From: Amycolatopsis sp.
GTDB lineage: Bacteria; Actinomycetota; Actinomycetes; Mycobacteriales; Pseudonocardiaceae
Direction: 5' to 3'
DNA length: 64,000 bases
Assembly (NCBI GenBank): GCA_035248845.1
Contig: DATFHB010000084.1
Location: forward strand, 20,481-84,480
Numbering within the stretch: the first letter of the stretch is position 1; each line of letters starts with the position of its first letter. Below, one piece after another: positions 1 to 8,501 of this stretch. A program made the translations under genes and the position numbers. The notes under the pieces are model-generated. The model searched no databases. It saw only the letters and a list, made by a program, of their open reading frames with translations, and had not been told where the DNA came from.

Positions 1-934
1 TGTGCGTGCCGTCCTTGCGCATGGCCGACAGCGCCTCGTCGAGCCGGGCGTGCACCGGCAGGTCGGTCAGCCGGCGGGTCTTGGCCACCGGGATGGTCGT
101 CGCCGGATCGTCGCCGATCTGGTCCAGCACGTCCTTCACGTGCAGGTAGCCGATCAGCTCGCCCGAGCCGGTGCACAGCGGGTAGCGCGAGAACCCCGTG
201 GTGGACACGGCACGTTCGACGTCGCCGACCGTGGGCGCGGGCGGCAGTGTGGTGAGCAACCCGAGCGGCACCAGGACGTCGCCGACGGTCTTCGCGGCCG
301 ACGACAGCGTCTGGGTGAGCCGCTCGTGTTCGGACTGCTCCAGCAGCCCTTCCCGCCGTGACTCGCTGAGCACCTCCGCCAGCTCGGCGGAGGTGTAGGC
401 GGTCTCCAGCTCGTCCTTGGGTTCGACCTTCACCAGGTGCAGCAAGGAATTCGACACGAAGTTCAGCAGCCAGATGAACGGGTTGGCGAGCTTGACCCAG
501 GCCACGTGCACCGGAACCAGCCACAGCGCGAGCCGTTCCGGTTCGGCGATCGCGAGGTTCTTCGGCACCATCTCGCCGATCAGCACGTGCAGGACGGTGA
601 TGAACGTCAGCGCGATCGCGAACGAGATCGCGTGCGCCAGCACGTCGGGGATGTGCAGCAGCGCGAAGAACCAGGCCAGCCGGTGCGCCACCGCGGGCTC
701 GCCGAGCCGGCCGAGCAGCAGCGAGCAGATCGTGATGCCCAGCTGCGCGCCGGCGAGCATCAGCGACACGTGCCTGCTCGCGTTGATGACGATCTTCGCG
801 CGGGTCTTGCCCTGCTCCAGCAGCGCCTCCAGCCGGTCGCGGCGGGAGGACATCAGGGTGAACTCGGCACCGACGAAGAAAGCGTTGGTGAGCAAGAGAA
901 CCACGACGAGGAAGATGGCGAGCCAGTCGTTCAC
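1..934 (-). CDS. Hemolysin-family CNNM(DUF21)-CBS membrane protein, 3' end outside window
   Basis: GTG at 934 overlaps the upstream gene's stop (GTGA); reads MNDWLAIFLVVVLLLTNAFFVGAEFTL...GEMVPKNLAIA (DUF21 motif), then CBS-type TGFSRYP; paralog of the adjacent gene. Confidence 0.85.
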   Translation of the reverse strand, partial: MNDWLAIFLVVVLLLTNAFFVGAEFTLMSSRRDRLEALLEQGKTRAKIVINASRHVSLMLAGAQLGITICSLLLGRLGEPAVAHRLAWFFALLHIPDVLAHAISFAIALTFITVLHVLIGEMVPKNLAIAEPERLALWLVPVHVAWVKLANPFIWLLNFVSNSLLHLVKVEPKDELETAYTSAELAEVLSESRREGLLEQSEHERLTQTLSSAAKTVGDVLVPLGLLTTLPPAPTVGDVERAVSTTGFSRYPLCTGSGELIGYLHVKDVLDQIGDDPATTIPVAKTRRLTDLPVHARLDEALSAMRKDGTH

Positions 935-2262
935 CGGGTCGCCTCCTGGTCGCGGGCGTGCAGCCGGTGCACGCTCAGCTCGGCGATCCGGTGCCGGTCC
1001 ATCGTGACGACCGTCAGCCGCCAGCCGCCGACGTCGGTGCCCTCGCCGGGGCCGGGGATCCGGCCCAGTCGCTCGAGCACGAGGCCGGCGATCGTCTCGT
1101 AGTCACCGTCGGGCATCCGGAACCCGGTCAGCTCGCGCACCTCGTCCGCCCGCAGTTGGCCGGACAGGATCCAGGTGTCGGTGTCCACCCGGCGCGACGG
1201 CGGGAGCTCGCCCTCGTCGTGCTCGTCGCGGACGTCACCGATGATCTCCTCGACCACGTCCTCGAGCGTGACCAGGCCGGCCGTGCCGCCGTACTCGTCG
1301 ACGACCATCGCGATCTGGAACCGCGAGGCGCGCAGGCGGGACAGCAGCGCGTCGCCGGACAGCGACTCCGGCACGGTCGGCACCGGGCGCATCAGCGAGC
1401 CGACCGTGGTGGCGGCGCGCTCGCCGGCCGGGACCACGAACGCCTGCTTGACGTGCACGGCGCCCTGGACGTCGTCGAGGTCCTCCCGCGCGACCGGGAA
1501 CCGGGACAGCCCGGTGTGCCGGGAGAGCGCGATCAGGTCGTGGATCGTGTCGTCGACCGTGAGCGAGTGGATCTGCACGCGCGGCGTCATCAGCTCATCC
1601 GCGGTGCGGCCGCCGAACCGCAGGGACTTGTCCAGCAGTTCGGCGGTCGAGGTGTCGAGCGTGCCGCTTTCGGCGCTGCTGCGCACGATGGACCCGAGTT
1701 CCTGCGGCGACCGGGCGGAGCGGAGCTCTTCCTGCGGTTCGATGCCGAACTTGCGCACGACGACGTTCGCGCTGTTGTTCATCAGCGTGATCAGCCAGCG
1801 GAAGAGGGCGGAGAACCGCGAGTGGTAACCCATGACGAACCGCGCCGTGGGCAGCGGCCGCGCGACGGCCAGGTTCTTCGGCACCATCTCGCCGAGCACC
1901 ATCGACAGCGTGGTGGCGATCAGCAGCGCGATGACCAGCGAGCCGCCCTCGGCGACGGTTGCCGACAGGCCCATCGCGGTGAGCGCCGGGCGCACCAGGC
2001 TGCCGATCAGCGGTTCGGCGAGGTAACCGGTGACCAGCGTGGTCAGCGTGATCGCGACCTGCGCGCCGGAGAGCTGGAACGACAGCGTGGCGTGCGCCTT
2101 GCGGACCGTTTTGGAGCGGCGGTCACCGACCTGGCGGACGTTGGCGTCGACGGTGCTGCGCTCGAGCGCGGTCAGCGAGAATTCGGCCGCGACGGCGAGC
2201 CCGGTGCCGGCGGTCAGCAGGAGGAACAGCAGCACCCCGAGTACCGAGAGCAGCACGTGCAT
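931..2262 (-). CDS. Hemolysin-family CNNM-CBS-CorC/HlyC protein
   Basis: AAEFSL, GEMVPKN, CBS pair (HTGLSRFPV, VVDEYGGTAGLVTLEDVVEEIIG) and C-terminal CorC domain (YETIAGLVLERLGRIP). Confidence 0.9.
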   Translation of the reverse strand: MHVLLSVLGVLLFLLLTAGTGLAVAAEFSLTALERSTVDANVRQVGDRRSKTVRKAHATLSFQLSGAQVAITLTTLVTGYLAEPLIGSLVRPALTAMGLSATVAEGGSLVIALLIATTLSMVLGEMVPKNLAVARPLPTARFVMGYHSRFSALFRWLITLMNNSANVVVRKFGIEPQEELRSARSPQELGSIVRSSAESGTLDTSTAELLDKSLRFGGRTADELMTPRVQIHSLTVDDTIHDLIALSRHTGLSRFPVAREDLDDVQGAVHVKQAFVVPAGERAATTVGSLMRPVPTVPESLSGDALLSRLRASRFQIAMVVDEYGGTAGLVTLEDVVEEIIGDVRDEHDEGELPPSRRVDTDTWILSGQLRADEVRELTGFRMPDGDYETIAGLVLERLGRIPGPGEGTDVGGWRLTVVTMDRHRIAELSVHRLHARDQEATR

Positions 2263-2363
2263 CAGATTTCACCACCCGGTCGGCAGGCGCCGGGATGATG
2301 GTCGGGTAAGCCGGGTTCATCACCCGGCTCAGTACTGTCACCAGGTGACTGCGCGTCGCGCAC
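2262..2363 (-). CDS. Putative 33-aa Pro-rich upstream ORF coupled to the hemolysin-family gene
   Basis: SD GGAGGAG at 2375-2381, GTG at 2363, MRDAQSPGDSTEPGDEPGLPDHHPGACRPGGEI, TGA overlapping the downstream ATG (TGATG). Confidence 0.4.
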   Translation of the reverse strand: MRDAQSPGDSTEPGDEPGLPDHHPGACRPGGEI

Positions 2364-2435
2364 GAAAGGTGTCACTCCTCCAGGAAACGGCTTCGGTGCT
2401 GTCCATGATACCGGCCGCGGTGACCGGATTGCCCG

Positions 2436-3017
2436 TCAACGCCGCCGTGCCAGCCCCGGATCCCGGCCGAGTAACGCGACCAGGTGGTCGGCCGGGGGAG
2501 CGTCGCCGGCGACGGGCACCGGCGGTTCGAAGATGCCGATGCCCTGCCACGTCGGGACCTGCGGCGCGATCACGCGCAGGACGGTGTCGGCGAGATCGTC
2601 ACGGATGGGTTGTACGGCACCGATCGCGACGGCCAGATCCCAGCCGTGCACAGCCAGGTCGGCGATCATCTGCCAGCCGTAGTCCTCGGCGTCCGACTCG
2701 CCGAAGGACAGGTGCACGCGGCGTTCGGTGGCGCCCGGCGCGGTCCACGCCTCGCGCGCCGCCGTCGACGACGACTCCCACGCCGCCACCGGGTCGGCGC
2801 CGAGCACGTCCCCGTCGTACCGGTCGCCGACCTCCGCCAGGGTCGCGCCGCCGAGCAGGTGGGGTGCCCAGAGCTGTTCGGACACCAAGTGGTTCACCAG
2901 GTCCCGCACGGTCCACCCGGTGCACGGCGTCGGCGCGTCCCACTGGCCCGGCTCGACCTGGTGCACCGCCTGGTCGAACTCGCGCAGGCCGATCCGGTGC
3001 GCGTCGAGCAGCTTCAT
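2436..3017 (-). CDS. TIGR03086-type mycothiol-dependent maleylpyruvate isomerase-like metal-binding protein
   Basis: WDAPTPCTGWTVRDLVNHL and DLAVHGWDLA motifs; ATGA overlap with the TetR gene. Confidence 0.85.
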   Translation of the reverse strand: MKLLDAHRIGLREFDQAVHQVEPGQWDAPTPCTGWTVRDLVNHLVSEQLWAPHLLGGATLAEVGDRYDGDVLGADPVAAWESSSTAAREAWTAPGATERRVHLSFGESDAEDYGWQMIADLAVHGWDLAVAIGAVQPIRDDLADTVLRVIAPQVPTWQGIGIFEPPVPVAGDAPPADHLVALLGRDPGLARRR

Positions 3018-3607
3018 GACTCCACTGAAGCACGAGCGCGGTGCCGCCGCACGCTCTCCTCGACCAGGTCGAGCACGGGCCCGAGATCGTCGGCTGGCAG
3101 GCCCATCGCCACGTGCGACACGAGCCCTTCGAGGACGAGTTCCAGGTACGAGGTGAGCACATCCACGTCCACGTCATCCCGGAGCTTGCCCGCGTCGCGC
3201 TGGCGCAGCAGGCGCTTCCTGGTGGCAAGGGTGAGCTGCTGGGACCGCTCGGCCCAGCGGGCCCGGAACTCGGGGTCGGTGCGCAGCCGCCGCGACACCT
3301 CCAGGCGGGTGCCCAGCCAGTCGGCCGGGTGCGCGCTGCCGCCGGCGAGCAGGTCGCGCATGACCTGCACGAGGCCCTGCGCCGCGACGACGTCGGCCAT
3401 CCTGGCCGCGTCCTCCTCCGCGAGGGCGAGAAAGAGCGATTCCTTGTCACGGAAATGGTGGAAGATCGCGCCCCGGGACAGCCCGGTGGCTTCCTCGAGC
3501 CGGCGTACCGTGGCACCCTCGTAGCCGTAGCGCGCGAAGCACACACGCGCGCCGTCGAGGATCTGCCGCCTCCGCGCGTCGAGGTGATCCTGACTGACCC
3601 GTGGCAT
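3014..3607 (-). CDS. acnR: TetR-family aconitase repressor AcnR (Rv1474c-like)
   Basis: MPRVSQDHLDARRRQILDGAR..GYEGATVRRLE..GLSRGAIFHHFRDK closely matches recalled Rv1474c/AcnR; acnA lies about 9 kb away on the same strand. Confidence 0.8.
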   Translation of the reverse strand: MPRVSQDHLDARRRQILDGARVCFARYGYEGATVRRLEEATGLSRGAIFHHFRDKESLFLALAEEDAARMADVVAAQGLVQVMRDLLAGGSAHPADWLGTRLEVSRRLRTDPEFRARWAERSQQLTLATRKRLLRQRDAGKLRDDVDVDVLTSYLELVLEGLVSHVAMGLPADDLGPVLDLVEESVRRHRARASVES

Positions 3608-3644
3608 CCCCCGATCCTGTCACCACGGGTAGTCATTACGCAAT

Positions 3645-3660
3645 CCGTACGTACGTACTG
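3645..3660. promoter_or_regulatory. AcnR-like operator in the acnR/egtA divergent region
   Basis: CCGTACGTACGTACTG, 1 mismatch to the corynebacterial AcnR consensus CAGNACnnncGTACTG. Confidence 0.6.
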
Positions 3661-3745
3661 TGGGGATGCCGGCGCCCTGAAATTGTCGTACCGCCCGTGT
3701 AGCGTCCGAACCCAAGTGCTCCCACCGATTGGACAGGTGTGTGAC

Positions 3746-5014
3746 ATGACAGCTGTTCGCCACGTCTCAGGGTGCACCGGTGGTGCGACCGGAGTCGCCG
3801 AACTCTCGGCGAGGGTGATCTCCGATCGGGCGGCCGGTGAGGCGTACGTCGCGTCGGTGTGCTTCAAGCATGGGCCACCCCGGCTGCTCGGCGTGGAACT
3901 CGAGTACACCGTGCACTATGCCGACGCCCCCCGAAGACCCCTCGACCCGCACGACCTCGCCCGCGCGCTGGGCGTCCACGCTCCGCGCACCCTCGACCCG
4001 CACAGTCCCGCACGACCACTGCCCGCCGGCTCGCCCCTGACGCTCGAGCCGGGTGGTCAGGTAGAGATTTCCGCTCTCCCGCAGCCATCCCTGGCCGCGC
4101 TCGCCGACGTGGTATCCGCCGATCTCGCCTCTTTGACCGATCTGCTCGCCCGAGCCGGGTTCGCCCTGGGCGAAACGGGTATCGATCAGTTCCGCCCGCC
4201 GGCGAGAGTGCTGAACACCGAGCGTTACGCCGCCATGGAGCGCCGCTTCAATGCGATGGGTCCCGGTGGCGTGACCATGATGTGCAGTACCGCCGGCCTG
4301 CAGATCTGCGTTGACAGCGGGGAAGAGGACGGCATCGCGCAACGCTGGGCCGCGGTGCACGCGCTGGGGCCGCCACTGCTGGCCACGTTCGCGAACTCGC
4401 GCACGCACGCCGGCCGGGACACGGGGGCCGCCTCGGCGCGCTGGCTCGCCGTGATGGACACGGAGCGGGCCCGCACGCACGCGGCGGACCCGTCGCCGGA
4501 TCCGGCCGCCACGTGGGCCGGCCGGATGATGGACACGCCGCTGATGGTGCTGCGGCGCGAGAACGGCCCCTGGGACGTGCCCGACGGGCTGACCTTCGAC
4601 GACTGGGTCGCCCGGCGCGGCGCGGCCGCCCTGCTCAGCCCGCCGACGAGGGCCGACCTCGACTATCACCTGACCACGATGTTCACGCCGGTCCGGCCGC
4701 ACGGCTATCTCGAGGTGCGCTACCTCGACGCGCAGCCGCGGCAGGGGTGGCTGCACCCGGTGGCGCTGCTGGCCGCGCTGCTCGACCGTGCGTCCACTGT
4801 GGACAAGGTGCGGGAGATCTGCGCACCGGTGGAGGGGGAGTGGGAGCGTGCCGCGAGGTATGGCCTCACCGACCCCGGGATTGCTGGGGTAGCAAGGAAA
4901 GTTGTCGACCTGGCGTGTGCGGAGCTGACCCGCACGGGGCTTCCCGCGGGCACGATCAGCGAGATCACGGAGGGCGCGCAGGGGCTGGTGCGCGCGGGAG
5001 GGGAGGACCTGTGA
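3746..5014 (+). CDS. egtA: Ergothioneine biosynthesis glutamate-cysteine ligase
   Basis: GVELEY, LTLEPGGQVEIS, MMCSTAGLQIC, HLTTMFTPVRPHGYLEVRYLDAQ; first gene of the egt cluster; start approximate. Confidence 0.88.
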   Translation: MTAVRHVSGCTGGATGVAELSARVISDRAAGEAYVASVCFKHGPPRLLGVELEYTVHYADAPRRPLDPHDLARALGVHAPRTLDPHSPARPLPAGSPLTLEPGGQVEISALPQPSLAALADVVSADLASLTDLLARAGFALGETGIDQFRPPARVLNTERYAAMERRFNAMGPGGVTMMCSTAGLQICVDSGEEDGIAQRWAAVHALGPPLLATFANSRTHAGRDTGAASARWLAVMDTERARTHAADPSPDPAATWAGRMMDTPLMVLRRENGPWDVPDGLTFDDWVARRGAAALLSPPTRADLDYHLTTMFTPVRPHGYLEVRYLDAQPRQGWLHPVALLAALLDRASTVDKVREICAPVEGEWERAARYGLTDPGIAGVARKVVDLACAELTRTGLPAGTISEITEGAQGLVRAGGEDL

Positions 5015-6357
5015 CCGAAGTACTGACCGAGGCGCCGAGTCTGCTGCGCGAGCTGGGCCATGACGGGCTGCGTGAGCACGCGGCGCGGGCGCTGACCAGG
5101 GCACGTGAGCGCAGCAGTGCGCTCACCGACGCCGTCGACGACGCCGACCTCCTACGCCAGCACTCGAAGCTGATGTCGCCGCTGGTGTGGGACCTCGCGC
5201 ACATCGGCAGCCAGGAGGAGCTGTGGCTGGTGCGGGACGTCGGCGGCCGCGAACCGCTGCGTCCCGACATCGACGAGCTGTACGACGCGTTCCGCCATCC
5301 GCGGGCCGACCGGCCGGCGCTGCCGCTGCTCGGCCCCGCGGAGGCGCGCGCCTACGTGCGCGAGGTGCGGGCGAAGGCGTTCGACGTGCTGGAAACCGCG
5401 CCGATGGAAGGCCGTCGCCTCACCGAGTCGGCGTTCGCGTTCGGCATGATCACCCAGCACGAGCAGCAGCACGACGAGACGATGCTGGCCACGCACCAGC
5501 TGCGCCAGGGTGAGCCGGTGCTGCACGCGACACCAGCGCCCACGCGCCGTGGCGGCGCGCTGCCCGCCGAGGTGTACATCCCGGCGGGCTCGTTCGTGAT
5601 GGGCACGAGCGTCGAGCCATGGGCGCTGGACAACGAGCGGCCCGCGCACGACGTCGGCGTCGACGCGTTCTTCCTCGACACCACCCCGGTCACGTGTGGC
5701 GACTACGTCGGCTTCCTCGAAGCGGGCGGCTACGAGCAGCGGCAGTGGTGGAGCGAGCCGGGCTGGGAATACCGGACGGCGCACGACATCGCCTCGCCCC
5801 GGTTCTGGCGCCGCGAGCCGGACGGCTGGTGGCGCACCCGGTTCGGCGTCGACGAGCCGGTGCCGCCGGCCCAGCCGGTCGTGCATGTTTCGTTCTACGA
5901 GGCCCAGGCCTACGCCGCATGGGCGGGCAAGCGGCTGCCCACCGAAGCGGAGTGGGAGAAGGCCGCCCGGTTCGACCCGGCCACCGGGCAGTCGCGCCGG
6001 TACCCGTGGGGCAACGACGAACCCACGCCCGCGCAAGCGAATCTGGGCCAGCGGCACCTGAGCCCGGCCGACGCCGGGGCGTACCCGGCGGGCGCGTCGG
6101 CGTACGGGGTGCACCAGCTGATCGGTGACGTCTGGGAATGGACGAGCACCGATTTCCACGGCTATCCCGGGTTCGCCGCGTTCCCGTACCGCGAGTACTC
6201 CGAAGTGTTCTTCGGGCCCGAGTACAAGGTGCTGCGCGGCGGGTCGTTCGGCACCGACGCGGCCGCGATCCGCGGCACGTTCCGCAACTGGGACTACCCG
6301 ATCCGCCGGCAGATCTTCTCCGGTTTCCGGTGCGCGCGGGACGCGGGCGATGTGTAG
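5011..6357 (+). CDS. egtB: Hercynine sulfoxide synthase
   Basis: DinB-like N-terminus (QHSKLMSPLVWDLAHIG, QHEQQHDETM) plus FGE-sulfatase domain (RLPTEAEWEKAAR, TFRNWDYPIRRQIFSGFRCA); GTGA overlap with egtA. Confidence 0.93.
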   Translation: MTEVLTEAPSLLRELGHDGLREHAARALTRARERSSALTDAVDDADLLRQHSKLMSPLVWDLAHIGSQEELWLVRDVGGREPLRPDIDELYDAFRHPRADRPALPLLGPAEARAYVREVRAKAFDVLETAPMEGRRLTESAFAFGMITQHEQQHDETMLATHQLRQGEPVLHATPAPTRRGGALPAEVYIPAGSFVMGTSVEPWALDNERPAHDVGVDAFFLDTTPVTCGDYVGFLEAGGYEQRQWWSEPGWEYRTAHDIASPRFWRREPDGWWRTRFGVDEPVPPAQPVVHVSFYEAQAYAAWAGKRLPTEAEWEKAARFDPATGQSRRYPWGNDEPTPAQANLGQRHLSPADAGAYPAGASAYGVHQLIGDVWEWTSTDFHGYPGFAAFPYREYSEVFFGPEYKVLRGGSFGTDAAAIRGTFRNWDYPIRRQIFSGFRCARDAGDV

Positions 6358-7123
6358 GCACCTCGCGTATCTCGGGCCGCCGTGCTCGCCCGCGGAGCTG
6401 ATGTTCGACGCCCCGCATTCGCTGCTGCACCAGTCCTACGCTCCGGCCGACATGCGGGGCGGCGGCACGGTGAACGCCGACGGCTTCGGCCTCGCCTGGT
6501 ACGGCGAGGACGGGGCCCCGGTGCGGTACCGGCGGGTGAGCCCGATCTGGGCGGATCACGACGCTCCCCGGCTCGCGCGATCGGTGCGGTCCGGGGCGTT
6601 CGTGGCGGCGGTGCGCAATGGCACCACCGGCATGCCGTCCCTGGAGTCGGCGTGCGCGCCCTTCACCGGCGGCCGGTGGCTGTTCAGCCACAACGGCTAC
6701 GTCACCGGCTGGCCCGACTCGATGTCCGCGCTGGCCGGGAAGCTGCCGGTCACCGACCTGCTGACGCTCGACGCGCCGACCGATTCGGCACTGCTGTGGG
6801 CGTTGTTGCGGGAGCGTCTGCTTGCCGGGGAGGACCCGGCGCAGGCCGCCGCGGACCTGACCCAGCGGGTCGAGCGGGCCGCGCCCGGCTCGCGACTCAA
6901 CTTCCTGCTGACCGACGGCCGGATCGTGGTCGCCACGGCCTGGACGCATGCCCTGTCCTTCCGCGAGAGCGACGGCGCGGTCGTGATCGCCTCCGAACCC
7001 ACCGGCACCGAACCGGGCTGGACCCCGGTACCCGAGGGCCACGCCGTCGTCGCGCGCGACGGCCGCGCGGACCTCATACCCATCGACCTTCCTCTTGACC
7101 CAGAACGGAGCCGTCTCTCATGA
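6350..7123 (+). CDS. egtC: Ntn-hydrolase EgtC
   Basis: N-terminal MCRHLAYLG, NADGFGLAWY, FSHNG, TDSALLW. Confidence 0.92.
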   Translation: MCRHLAYLGPPCSPAELMFDAPHSLLHQSYAPADMRGGGTVNADGFGLAWYGEDGAPVRYRRVSPIWADHDAPRLARSVRSGAFVAAVRNGTTGMPSLESACAPFTGGRWLFSHNGYVTGWPDSMSALAGKLPVTDLLTLDAPTDSALLWALLRERLLAGEDPAQAAADLTQRVERAAPGSRLNFLLTDGRIVVATAWTHALSFRESDGAVVIASEPTGTEPGWTPVPEGHAVVARDGRADLIPIDLPLDPERSRLS

Positions 7124-8094
7124 GCGAGCTTGAGCTGGACGTGCACCGCGAGCCCGGCGACATCACCGAGGCACTGCGGACGGACGTGCGGTCGGGCCTG
7201 TCGTCCAGGCAGAAATGGTTGCCCGCCAAGTGGTTCTACGACGCGCGTGGCAGCGAGCTGTTCGAGGACATCACGCGGCTGCCCGAGTACTACCCGACAA
7301 GGGCCGAACGCGAGGTGCTGGCGCGCGAAGCCGGCGAGATCGCGCGCGTCACGGGCGCCCACTCGCTCGTCGAGTTGGGCTCGGGGTCGAGCGAAAAGAC
7401 CCGGCTGCTGCTCGACGGCCTGCGCGAACACGGCACGCTGCATACGTTCGTCCCGCTGGACGTGTCGGAGTCCGCGCTCGCCGATGCCGTCGACGCGATC
7501 CGTGCGGACTACCCGGGGCTCGACGTGCGGGGCGTCGTCGGTGACTTCACCGAGCACCTCGGCCTGCTGCCGGGCGAGGCGCCGCGCGTCGTGGCCTTCC
7601 TGGGCGGCACGATCGGCAACTTCCTGCCCGCGGACCGGATCAAGTTCCTCCGTTCGGTGCGCGACGTGCTGAACGAGGGGGAGTGGCTGCTGCTGGGCAC
7701 CGACCTCGTCAAGGACCCGGGCGTGCTGATCCGCGCGTACGACGACGCGGCCGGGGTGACCGCGGAGTTCGACCTGAACGTGCTGCGCGTCGTCAACCGG
7801 ATGCTGGACGCGGACTTCGACCTGGCCCGCTTCACGCACGAGTCCTATTGGGACGCCGAGAACGAGTGGATCGAGATGCGCCTGCGGGCACGCGACGACA
7901 TGACGGTGCGCATCCCGGGCGCCGACCTGGTGGTGCATTTCGCCGAGGGCGAGTACATCCGCACCGAGATCTCCGCGAAGTTCCGGCCGAACGGTGTCTC
8001 GGCGGAACTGTCCGAGAGCGGCTTCGGCCTGCAACGGTGGTGGACGGACAGCGAAAACCGGTTCGGGGTGTCGTTGTCGCGCGCGCAGGGGTGA
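7120..8094 (+). CDS. egtD: L-histidine N-alpha-methyltransferase
   Basis: KWFYDARGSELFEDITRLPEYYPTRAE, VELGSGSSEKT, FLGGTIGNF, RTEISAKF. Confidence 0.95.
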   Translation: MSELELDVHREPGDITEALRTDVRSGLSSRQKWLPAKWFYDARGSELFEDITRLPEYYPTRAEREVLAREAGEIARVTGAHSLVELGSGSSEKTRLLLDGLREHGTLHTFVPLDVSESALADAVDAIRADYPGLDVRGVVGDFTEHLGLLPGEAPRVVAFLGGTIGNFLPADRIKFLRSVRDVLNEGEWLLLGTDLVKDPGVLIRAYDDAAGVTAEFDLNVLRVVNRMLDADFDLARFTHESYWDAENEWIEMRLRARDDMTVRIPGADLVVHFAEGEYIRTEISAKFRPNGVSAELSESGFGLQRWWTDSENRFGVSLSRAQG

Positions 8095-8105
8095 CCGGCG
8101 GATCG

Positions 8106-8333
8106 GTGAACCCGCTTACCGCGCTCGCCCGCAGGCTCGGCACCTGGCCCTGGGTCAGGAAACTCGCGCCGGCGATCATCCCGGTGGACAGGCGGCCAAT
8201 CCGGGATGGGCGTTCAACCTGCGTGCCCATCCCGATGCCGTCGTGCAGGTGCGGGGCCGGGCCGGGGTACGGGATGGAACGCGAGCAGGCGGGCCGCGAA
8301 CTCCCGATCTCCGTGCTCACCCGGCGCGAATAG
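8106..8333 (+). pseudogene. Internally deleted remnant of an F420-dependent (Ddn-like) nitroreductase-family gene
   Basis: N-terminus VNPLTALARRLG..., shifted-frame fragment NPGWAFNLRAHPDAVVQVRGR, C-terminus PGYGMEREQAGRELPISVLTRR; central core motifs are missing. Confidence 0.65.
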
Positions 8334-8387
8334 CCATTTCGGACGCCAGTGACCCATATATCCGATTTGGACACTATGGCCGGAAAT

Positions 8388-8462
8388 CGTATGTGAACAG
8401 TCGCTGAACCTTGTTCACGAGGGCTCGGAAGCGAGGAGAAGTTCACCCTCGCCGCTTACGCT
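8388..8462 (+). promoter_or_regulatory. PHO-box-like GTTCA units and a -10 element upstream of efeO
   Basis: Tandem 11-nt units on the minus strand GTTCAGCGACT/GTTCACATACG (8388-8409); plus-strand GTTCACGAGGG (8413) and GTTCACCCTCG (8441); TACGCT at 8457. Confidence 0.45.
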
Positions 8463-8501
8463 CCGCTCGCGGTTGTCATCCAATTGAGCGATAGGAGCAC
8501 G

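Noticed and set aside
3041-3745. N-terminal extensions of egtA, egtB, efeB, acnA and the thioesterase shown in the ORF track
   Set aside because: They overlap neighbouring genes or lack SD support; downstream starts fit family lengths and stop/start coupling
8334-8500. IdeR/DmdR iron box before efeO
   Set aside because: No match to the TTAGGTTAGGCTAACCTAA-type palindrome
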